A stretch of 64,000 nucleotides of DNA from Lingula anatina. Taxonomy: Eukaryota > Animalia > Brachiopoda. Numbering within the stretch: the first letter of the stretch is position 1; the number at the start of each line of letters is the position of its first letter. Position numbers and translations under genes: made by a program. The notes under the pieces were generated by a model, which searched no databases, had not been told where the DNA came from, and saw only the letters and a list, made by a program, of their open reading frames with translations. The stretch covers positions 27,532,848 through 27,596,847 of the forward strand of contig CM120643.1 of NCBI GenBank assembly GCA_051362555.1, given 5' to 3'. Shown here in pieces: positions 54,201 through 64,000 of the stretch.

Positions 54201-54758
54201 TGTCATCTATCTAAAATGACGTCATTTTGCCCCCAAGGATTTCACGTTAGCGTCACCCACCTTTATTCTGTCCACCCTTGTGACAATCAAAATGCAATCC
54301 CAAAATTCTTGCAAAGAGTTTATTTATTTTCCTTTCAGTGCAAGCTGTGAGTAAGGGCATGGTCAATAACTATGCTATGAGTCAATATATAAATATATAT
54401 ATGATATATATGTACAAGTTGTATTAAAATGAACATTTTCAGGACGTCTAGTCTTTACCATTGTATGTAGTCTATTCAATTCAAAGTGTCTAGTTGTATA
54501 TTGCATATCAGTTATTCGTAGTTTTTTGGTCTTTTTCCAAAATCAAGATGAGTTGTTGGGGCGGGACATACATTTGTGTGCCGACACCAAGGAAACGTTG
54601 AGGAGGCAATGGCAATTGAACGGTTAAATCTCCACGCCACATGTGATTCACTTGGGATTGGGAAAAGATCTCGTAGAGTACGAGATTCTCGTGCTCGACT
54701 ATTTCAGCACAGCAGATATGTTACCGTTCAGTGTTGTGGCTCTTCATCCTGACTTTGA

Positions 54759-54800
54759 AATAAATTCTATGATAGCATTTTAGTATGTGTGTTGTTTTCT
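54759..54800 (+). terminator. Candidate distal polyadenylation signal of G-alpha-o
   Basis: AATAAA at 54759 followed about 20 nt later by GT-rich tatgtgtgttgttttct; would imply a ~4 kb 3' UTR. Confidence 0.35.
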
Positions 54801-55053
54801 ACTCTATTCACAATTTTACGGTGTCAGTGTTTTTTATATCCAGTCACTTGAAGTCACGTTAGTGTATATATACTGTATATCAGTCTATTTACCTCCGTCT
54901 ATTGGTGACGTCACCGATGCCGTTACAGTCCGACACACCTATTAACAAATAAAAGAAACCCCCTCCAGTATTGAACGCGTTTTCCAATTCAGACATTTAA
55001 AAACTATAATTAAAGAAAACTTCTGATGTGGATATTTGCTTCTGGATACATCT

Positions 55054-55735
55054 GGGGCAGTGTTATATAGTGAACAGGCTTCACTAGACTGGTCACTATA
55101 AAAAGGCTAGAGCCTGACATCCTAGGGTTTGGGACAGGGGGTACCACCTGTCTCACAACTGGGACAGTGTTATAGGGAGCAGGGCTCACTGGTCACTATA
55201 AAAAGACTAGCGCCTGACATCCTAGGGTTTGGGAGAGGGGGTACAGCCTGTCTCACAACTGGGACAGTGTTATAGGGAGCAGGGCTCACTGGTCACTATA
55301 CAAAGACTAGAGCCTGACATCCTAGGGTTTGGGAGAGGGGGTACCACCTGTCTCACAACTGGGACAGTGTTATAGGGAGCAGGGCTCACTGGTCACTATA
55401 AAAAGACTAGCGCCTGACATCCTAGGGTTTGGGAGAGGGGGTACCACCTGTCTCACAACTGGGACAGTGTTATAGGGAGCAGGGCTCACTGGTCACTATA
55501 AAAAGACTAGCGCCTGACATCCTAGGGTTTGGGAGAGGGGGTACCACCTGTCTCACAACTGGGACAGTGTTATAGGGAGCAGGGCTCACTGGTCACTATA
55601 CAAAGACTAGCGCCTGACATCCTAGGGTTTGGGAGAGGGGGTACCACCTGTCTCACAACTGGGACAGTGTTATAGGGAGCAGGGCTCACTGGTCACTATA
55701 CAAAGACTAGCGCCTGACATCCTAGGGTTTGGGAG
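55054..55735. repeat. Tandem array, 100-bp unit, about 6.8 copies
   Basis: gggacagtgttatagggagcagggctcactggtcactata... recurs at 55161, 55261, 55361, 55461, 55561, 55661; first copy degenerate, last truncated. Confidence 0.97.
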
Positions 55736-57316
55736 TCCCGATAGTCGGGATAAAAGCCTTCACAAGTAAGCTTTCAAAAAATTACTTTTTCTCAACATGA
55801 TAGACTTTATTTCAGTCGTCTCTTTGAATTCCTTAATTAAATGCCCCGTGCACGTGTCATATGTGACGTCTTTATAAAAGCGCTGCAGACAGTGAAGAAA
55901 GCTTGTAGTGACGAGATATAATGATTATGAGTGAATCTGTATCCCACATGTAGGTCACTAGCGCCCTCTATAGTTTTGTTTGTAAAATTAACGGTTAACT
56001 CCCCACGCTGACTTTACTGAAGTTTAGCTTTCCGACAATGACTTTTCAGATTTGTCATTATTATTATTATTATGAACGGATTATTCGCTTGTTATCGGCA
56101 TATTAAGAGACCGAAATTAATTATCAAATTTAAGCTACATGTATATAAATTACGCTAAGCGTTAGACATTTAAAGAAATAACAGATCTTTTGGCTAAATG
56201 CAAAAACAAAAATTGGATTTATAATTTAGTCACAGCAACGTCCGTTTTTTCTCCAATGAAAGATACACAAAATGCACAATTAAGAGGACTTTTAATCGCG
56301 TTTTTGTCTGATTTTGATTTCGAAGCTGTCCTCTGTCAAATGCGAGATTACAGATCACTTTGGAAATTACCCAACGTTCGCCTGATGTGGCTGTGTAGGC
56401 CCAACTTTCCTGGGTTATTTCACTAGTAATGAATCTGAAATGTTAAAAGTGAGCATGTTGAATTGACATAATGGCGGTAAACCGCAAATCTCATTTTACA
56501 GGCACTTTTAATTTAGGTAAATACCCTCCTCTCTTCTCCATATAGCTGCCTTTAATTCTTCCATTTTCTACATGTTAATCTGTTTCGAGCGCATATTACT
56601 TAACATCACGTTATTTTTCATTTTATGTTTTATTTATTCATTTTCTTTTTCTTTGTACTGATACTATGACCCTCAATGTCCTATGTTACCGGTTCTAAAA
56701 TGGCGACATCTAAACCCGTCAGTTGACATAGCTGGAGGAATGGCAATGAACCTGGATCAAAAGATGATTCAGAGCAGACAGTAAAGTGGGTTTTCCTTTC
56801 GCCACCTCCCCCTCACACACACACACACACACACACACACCAAACCTCCACATATATGACACACAATATATGGCTTCTACATAACCGTATACGGATTCCA
56901 TAATCAAGTTTCTGATGTAACTAGAAGCTGTTGTATAGATTTATAAATACGTAAGCACATGCTGCAGGTTCTAATTATTAAGGAATCCTAACAGGTCGCA
57001 ACCCGTTAGTTGACCTCACTTGAGAAGTGGCACAGAAATTTTATCAGTTTTGGTTCTCTCGACCCCCCTATCTAACCGCCCCCTCCCCCCCCCCCCCCCA
57101 AAAAAAAAAAAAAAAAAAAAAAAAACATTGCCTACCTGCTTGTAATTTAATCATTTAGACCAATAACCTATTTTCACTAAAATGCTTGATGCAGCATTAA
57201 GGTATGTGCAACGCTGGTGGTCAAACTTGCACGTGTCGTACTCTTTAACCGCCAGATCACATGTATACGGCTTCCTCATAGTCACCTTCGGATTCAACAA
57301 ACAATCAAGTTTCTGT

Positions 57317-57355
<39 letters not shown>

Positions 57356-57920
57356 TACAGATTCACACTGAGGCATTTCTCCCTTAAAATAAGCATACAA
57401 TTTAGCCATCTGAGCGCTAGGCTAAAGTGTTCTTTAAATCAACCCTTAAAGCTGTATATTTTCAATAGCAGACGTTCAAAAGTTTGAACTCTATTCACCT
57501 GTAGAGCCTCATACCTTTATGATGATGCTCTAGACAGACATCGAAATATTGGAAATAAAGAATTTCAATTTTAGCTGTTGACTGAAGAAAAATTAATACT
57601 TTATTTTTATTACATATAATACAGCTGATGAAATTCTTTTCTGACTGAAACTCGGTTTCTGAACACAAACGGTATCTGCTACATGTAGCACTTTCTATTA
57701 ACGTTAACACTGCCATAAAAGGTACACGAAATCTATTACAAAGTGAACTAGTTTCAAGACAAAGGTAATCGAAACCATGCTAATATTGTAACCTTTAGTT
57801 TTTCTAATAATAGACAGGAAGACTGAAATCTGCGCCTTTTCCTTCACTTATCGCATGACATCGCCATGTTCATTACATCACACCGAGTCACTTTAAATTC
57901 CCCATTTAGCCCATTTTCCT

Positions 57921-58170
57921 CACCGGCTCGTTAGGGAAGAGAGGTAGACGACTGAAAATCCTAGAGTGAGTGCTTACCCTCGTTGCAGTGGGCCGTGGAT
58001 CAATCCCCGGTCGGGTCATACCAAAGACCATCATTAAAAAGGTACCTGCTGTCTCCTTGCTAAACACTCAGCATACAGAAGTTGTAGTAAAGAACAAATC
58101 CAGTAGTGCTAACAGCTGGTATCAGAGGGCTATGTGGAAGATGAGCTTGCGCTTTACCTTTAACGAGTTT
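57921..58170 (+). mobile_element. tRNA-derived SINE, V-SINE-like
   Basis: B-box-like ggatcaatcccc followed by ggtcgggtcataccaaagac..aaaaaggtacctgctgtctccttgctaaacactcagca, which resembles the V-domain as I recall it; boundaries approximate. Confidence 0.6.
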
Positions 58171-59674
58171 TGTATATTTAATGTGACTGGAATCAGATTT
58201 TCAGAAATTATGCTACTCTTGCTTTGAAAAGGGTCTTGTCAAGGTCATATAGCTTTCTTAACTGGCCATGTCAAAGGTCATGTCTAGGCCATGTCAAGGC
58301 CAGTGAAGATTATCTCCTTCAATGATACGACTTCAATGAGCAGAGACACATAGCTTCTGGAACTCTAAGATATTCCATATCGTTTTGGTTCCCTTTGAAA
58401 TAGGATATACATTTAGAAATTGCAGACCACATTGCTCTCTTTCTTATTGGCCCATTTCTTATTTGACCAGAAAAGAATTAACAGATTTCAACTTATGTCA
58501 AAGTGAACGATTTGAATCACCCAGTTATTTCACACTAAGATAATGAAATCTGATTCTGATCAGGATCTTACGTTAAAACGTGGCACCGGTGACAAATCGA
58601 AATCAGTTCACCTGAAGAACTCGTGATAAGATCGAAACGTCGCGATCTCCGTTTCAACATAAGATTCAGCACAATAAGAATCAGTTTCCATTGTCTTAAT
58701 CTCTATATCATTAAAATGAAAATTAACAAGATACCCTGGGGGGGGGGGATTTAATGTAAACATTTTTTTTTTTCACTTTTGTTCTTCTTTTTACCTCACA
58801 AAACCGTCAGAATGCACCCGCGTCTGTCGGTTAATGCGGTTCGACCACACTTGTAATCCGCATGCAATACCCGATCTCAGACGCTGCCTCGTTTAATGCG
58901 GTGACGTAGAGAGGAGAAACCAAAGTAAAAAATAGCAGCACTGCGGTCGCGGGGAGTTATATTTAGACGCGGACGCCAAAGCGCAGCAGATTAGTATGTA
59001 CGAGACAATTGTAGATTGGCTCCAAATTCAGGAAATCAATAAACCGGAGTTGCCTGGGCGTTGAAATTGCCAAAAATAAGAGGAACAGTTTATTAATAGT
59101 CGAGCTCTCAAATTTGTAGGCGGGCAAGACGGAAGCTTCAAAATTTGTTAGGGTTCAGGCTAATATTGCATATCTATATTTAAATGTGCGTGAGGTTCAC
59201 GTATACCTCTCATTATATATTTATATTTTTAATTAGCTTACTAAAGTGTCTGACAGATTGGTATTGCCATTACATCCGCCATATAACACCTTGTAGTTCT
59301 CTTAGCAATTACAGATTCATTATGATTTCCGTACTTTTGGTACAATAGTTGGGAATCATTTTATCCCACCCGTCCGCGAGTCCGTAAGACCGTGCGTCTG
59401 TGTATCAGTGATTTCCGCTATTTCCTCCTACACTAGTTTGGAAGCGGTCATTTCGGTGATTGCTATACTTATCATCAGGGATGTGCTTGGGCACTTTGGA
59501 ATTTTAGTGCATGGAGTTGGGCTGTCCCTAGGAGTGGTTCATTTTTAATACTTTTTACATTGTAATATCTGCTAATTCTTCCTAGACTATTAGAGTGAGA
59601 AAGTTCAAACTTTGGGGATTGTTAAACTTGTAATAAGGGATGTGCATGAGCTCTTTGGGGTTGGGGCAGTTCCT

Positions 59675-60186
59675 CAGTGGCGTATTTAGGAGGTGTCAGG
59701 TTTGTCCGGACCCCCCCGCCCCCCTTCTTCGATTTCTGAATAAAATCAAACCAATGGTCCCCTCCTGACATTAGAATTTTGACTAGCTGGTCATGCATCA
59801 TAGTTCTAAACCGTAGGGTCTACCAAATGGCACCGTGCGGCCTATGAACTACCCAAAATTTTCGGGGCCTTAGGCTTCGTTCACATGCAATGTCTATTTT
59901 CTAAATTCTATTTTCTATTCGCGCTATCTTATGATCACGGTCTGTGCACTGAATATCCCGCCGCGTAATTACTGGCAGCGCGAGCCAGTTACTTATAGTA
60001 ACTTATAGTAACTGGCTCGCGCTGCCAGTAATTACGCCGCGGGATATTCAGTGCACAGACCATGATCATAAGACATACCGAAAATAGAAAATAGAATTTA
60101 GAAAATAGACATTGCATGTGAACGAAGCCTTAGCTTTGGCTTTGCGTCCTCGGACACCCGATCAAATAATCCTGGATCCGCCCCTG
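59675..60186. mobile_element. MITE family CAGTGGCG...GGATCCGCCCCTG, copy 3 (carries nested insertion)
   Basis: Same termini and ttcgatttctgaa..gactagct..atagttctaa interior as copies 1 and 2; flanks TTCCT/TCCCT. Confidence 0.75.
59873..60129. mobile_element. 257-bp almost fully palindromic PIF/Harbinger (Tourist-like) MITE
   Basis: Arms of about 120 bp starting GGCTTCGTTCACATGCAATGTCTATTTTCT; TTA TSD at 59870-59872 and 60130-60132. Confidence 0.9.
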
Positions 60187-63115
60187 TCCCTGGGGGTGGG
60201 TGATTCCAAATTCTTTTTACATTATAATTTTTACTTTCTACTCCCAGACCATTTGAGTGAGGAAATACAATTTTTGGTAATTTAGGGACTTATGATCAGG
60301 AATATGTACATGGGCATCTCGGAATTTTAGTGCGCCTTTGACCCAAGCATTGTTATACACGGAGGGAATGGTGTCTATGGGATGAGCTATTTTTTTACAA
60401 TGTAGGGTAGTGCGGGGATATGTGATGGTTACCCATCTACGTCAGTTTGTGTGTAAGAGAGAGAGAGAGAGATTTAGACAACTCGTTTGCTCATCAGGGC
60501 TAAAACTCTAGTCTATGCACATACCAGCAATGACAGGCGATCTGACACACACCTTGAAAACGGGTAGTGTGGTCCGATTTACCGGTTAATTCAGGATCCA
60601 TATGTGCCGAGTCTGGTAGTTGGGTAGGCCTGAATGATAGCGAGGTGATAGTTTTAAGAAGCGTAGGCCTGTAGCCAGCAATTGTAAAGGGGTGGGATTC
60701 TTTTTTTTTTCAATATGGACAATTTAACCGCGAAAATTATGCTTCTCCGCTGATGTACAACGTAAGTCAATTTTTTATTTGAATTTTTCCGGCCATAAGG
60801 GCGGTCCAAAGCCCTACACTACACCACAAAACATACCACCTGAACCCCCTTCACACCCAGAAACACGTGATCTGCAGCGGGAACTCTACCCCCGAGTTTC
60901 AGAGAACACAGGACCCCTCCTCCTTCATCAGCGCCCTCTGCCGTACGTACGGGTTAATAGTCAGAAAGTTCACAGTGACCTTTACATTGTCTTAACCGCA
61001 GGGTGAGGTTCACCATTACGGTGGTGAGGTACGGGGAACGAACGTTTATTAATAAACTCAGCGTAACATAACGCCTAAGGTATCAGATCATGCAGGTTTC
61101 TTTTAACTGATCTGATTTCGGCAACAGTGCATGTTATAAATAAACTTTTTGGGCCCGTTGCCAGGCGATAGGCTAAGTGACGTCACGCGCAAAGGGTTTA
61201 TATCCAGGTATTATATATGCATTTTGGTTAGCCAACGACATGCGTTGTGCAACCAAGCGTTCGTAAAAACCGCCCACGACAATGACAAATATCAACCACA
61301 CAAAGTTGCTTCCTCTACACATGCAGTCTGCACAAATCATAAAGACTTTCAAACATTTTGTTCAACAAACCCCAGGTTTTATTTTTCTTAATTACAGTAC
61401 ATCACAGAGAGGCACGTTTATAAATATACTGTATCTCCGGACCCCATGGCCTAAGCCAATAGTCGCTTATTTCCAGTCTTGTATTATATAAACATATTTA
61501 TAGTGGATAAATATATCTTCACTTCTGCGTATATTACTTTGAACCAGCAATAAAGGCACATTACGTTTCTCAAATTTTACAAATTTCTTCGCCTCAGTAC
61601 AAACTGAAAAGTTTAAAGAAGGACAACGTGATAAATAAACCGTGACAAAAAATGGTAACAAAAAGTAAATAAATTAACGTAAATATAAATCCTTAACTGA
61701 CAAGAAACATTGTTATTTAAATAATCACAGAAAAGCAAAACCCATTTTACAAAAATTTGGCTCACTCTAAGGCATTTTTTAGTGACAGGACAAAAATAAT
61801 TACTGCCAAATTGAGATCTGGTACAAAATCATACATTTATAATTATTTAGCTGACGCTATATACGTATCATGTGCATTTTCAAGGCGACTCCAGCATATA
61901 ATTTGCACTTGGTTAAGATTTATTTTACAAGAGTGAGACCAGAAAATTAAACTTTCACTTCAAATGCTCCTCCAAACTATTCACAGCACAGCAAATTCCA
62001 CACAATTCTGATAAACAAGCTGATAGAAAACACAGCAAAACCACAAAATAAACAAAAATTATAACCACAAAATAAACAAAAAGAAAAAAATTCTAGTATT
62101 CCTTTAATATATAGTTAAATATTCCAAACTTCTGAATAAACTCTTTTTGTCTGAAATTGGATCATTTTACCACAGTTTGATATAATTAATGTCATAGTAT
62201 TAAATACGTCACTTAAAAATAACACTGGTCAAATGCAAAAAAATTAACAATATAATAATTTTAAACTTATCTCATACCATAAGCAAAAAATATTATAAAT
62301 ACCAACTGCATTTTGTGCAACTTGTAACACTAACACATCTAATATTCAACAGAACGGCCATGCCATAATGAGGTCTTCACAAAATATGTACACTTCTGTC
62401 ACAATTAAAAATAATATTTAAAAAATACAGTCTCCACTTTTAGTGGTCATTCAATAACTATACACACCAATGGGCTCACCCAATTCAATTAGAATATTTT
62501 CATAGATCTTGAAAATCTGTTAATTATACATTGTGAAAAAATTAAATATTCCTCGTTTGATGTCTATAAATATAAATAATCTGTAATGGTCACAGAATTA
62601 TCCTGATCTCTCAGGTCAGTCATTTACCATATAATAGCCCAGTTTATCTAACATCTCAGCTATGTAGGTACTACACCAAGGTACACTGTCACATTACAAC
62701 TTTAGCCCCAAAATTGGTCTACAGTTTTAGATCAAAATTTTAGTCTTAACTGACCCAAGAGAACAATGAAATGAAACAGTGTGTCCATTTTATAACAAGA
62801 CAGACATGGCCACCATTCCAGACTAATACTTACTAAACCTATGTGAACTACAATGGATAAGTGTTCACATTATGCAGAACAAAATTTTGACCTAAAGTTA
62901 TGATCAATTTTCTGGCAAAAGTTCTTCTTTTTCAAAACAGATCCTACAGCTGCCACAGTTATATTTCCCATAAGAATTTCATTACGACTTGTTATTCTGT
63001 TCATAAACTTTATGTGTGGCCAGTTTCATATATAGTAATGCAACAAACCTGACCCCATAATTTCAGTCCAAACCAAGTGTCAAGAGATGGTGCAATCCAG
63101 TTGGTGTACCTAATA

Positions 63116-64000
63116 TCAGAGGATGAGCGGCCATGCTGCTCTGGGAGGACGGTCCCAAACCACTGCATGTTGACCACACGGGCACACTTCATACAGCATC
63201 ATAGCCAAATCAAAGTCTACGAAGGCTTTCCAACTCCGCTCCAACTTCTCCTTGTTAATGTAGAGCAGGTCCCGGCAGCTTTCGCGCAGGAGGTGATAAA
63301 GGCATGGAAACGTGTTGACTTCAACCAGAGGTCCCTCCCAGTGCTTGCGACTGACTTCAAAGTATTTCAGCTGCGGCAGATCAATTTTCTTCAGAAAGAA
63401 CCCCTGGGAATTGGCAATATCTAATCGCTGAAGCCTGGGGTGAGAGATCTCGTAGACAGTTCGAGAGTGAAAAATTGGCATGAAAATCTCCAAGGTTAGA
63501 TCCTGCAGATGGGGCATACTGCTACATACGGTGTGTAGCTGGGACTGCTCAACCACCCGAAAGATTACATATTTCCGTAAGGCCAGTGTCTCTAGTTGGG
63601 TCAACCTGGCCAAGCAGCTAACTGACCAGTGGGCCCAGTCAAATGGAATGTCCAAGTGCCGCAAGTTTTGAGCGCGGAGGGTCAGTAGTCCGAATATATG
63701 ACCAAAAGGATGCATGCGGAACAGGTGTTGGTGGACCTGCAGTCTGACCTTGTTGAAGAGACAGCAGAATTTGTCCAGAAACTGAGGGCGGGATGGCGTG
63801 TGTGTCCAGTCCAGGTGGACAGTGGTCAGTTCACGACAATTGGCAGCGGTCAGCAGGCGCACCAGCACCACACACCAAGGCTCGTCCTCATTCGCAATGT
63901 CGAAATTGAAATTCAGTTGTTTTATCGCAGGTTTCACCTCGTTGAGAAACTTAGCGAAATTACAGATGTCTCTGACATACTTTGTGAAACGGTCTCCTAT
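63116..64000 (-). CDS. Leucine-rich-repeat protein, probably F-box/LRR-like; 5'-truncated by window edge
   Basis: Frame is open from base 64000 (IGDRFTKYVRDICNFAKFLNEVKPAIK...) to the stop at 63116; repeated LxxLxL units (NLRHLDI, QLETLAL, HLQDLTL, RLQRLDI, QLKYFEV). No F-box is visible in the window, so that label is inference. Confidence 0.75.
   Translation of the reverse strand: MGDRFTKYVRDICNFAKFLNEVKPAIKQLNFNFDIANEDEPWCVVLVRLLTAANCRELTTVHLDWTHTPSRPQFLDKFCCLFNKVRLQVHQHLFRMHPFGHIFGLLTLRAQNLRHLDIPFDWAHWSVSCLARLTQLETLALRKYVIFRVVEQSQLHTVCSSMPHLQDLTLEIFMPIFHSRTVYEISHPRLQRLDIANSQGFFLKKIDLPQLKYFEVSRKHWEGPLVEVNTFPCLYHLLRESCRDLLYINKEKLERSWKAFVDFDLAMMLYEVCPCGQHAVVWDRPPRAAWPLIL

Larger units (their letters stand above)
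59359..60449 (+). mobile_element. Helentron/HINE-like element with degenerate ~160-bp internal repeats, interrupted by two MITEs
   Basis: 5' ttttatccc plus GTCC/GTCT-like tract; repeated block (agggatgtgc..; ctttttacatt.taat; ggaattttagtgc); 3' ggggata subterminal match and short hairpin gatgg-ttac-ccatc. Confidence 0.5.

Noticed and set aside
55054-55735. Possible CRISPR array
   Set aside because: Units are contiguous near-identical 100-mers with no unique spacers, no cas genes, and the context is eukaryotic
57921-58020. tRNA gene
   Set aside because: Only a B-box-like remnant, no cloverleaf; better explained as a SINE head

Overview
AT-rich, intron-rich animal genomic DNA. It looks like a marine invertebrate, possibly a mollusc or other lophotrochozoan, but the taxon cannot be fixed from the sequence. 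Most ORFs in the supplied track are noise, and the real genes had to be assembled from GT-AG exons. (1) 1781-12996 (+): the last seven coding exons of an Ajuba/LIMD1/WTIP-family triple-LIM gene, with an unusually long (~195 aa) post-LIM tail carrying PPxY, PxxPxK and a terminal T-D-L PDZ-type motif. (2) 18631-50486 (+): a complete 8-exon G protein alpha-o gene (1065 nt, 354 aa, ending NNLRGCGLY). (3) 63116 to the window edge (-): the 3' part of a leucine-rich-repeat protein, probably F-box/LRR-like. The most striking feature is the 3' end of the G-alpha-o gene. A second, intact copy of the terminal exon (50589-50776) encodes a different receptor-contacting C-terminus (KNLEACGL). A decayed third copy follows it, and a candidate in-frame 12-nt microexon lies upstream in intron 7. 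The G-alpha-o promoter and intron 2 carry RFX X-box matches. The window also holds several non-autonomous DNA transposons with readable TIRs and TSDs (including a three-level nested insertion), a SINE, a 100-bp tandem array and microsatellites.
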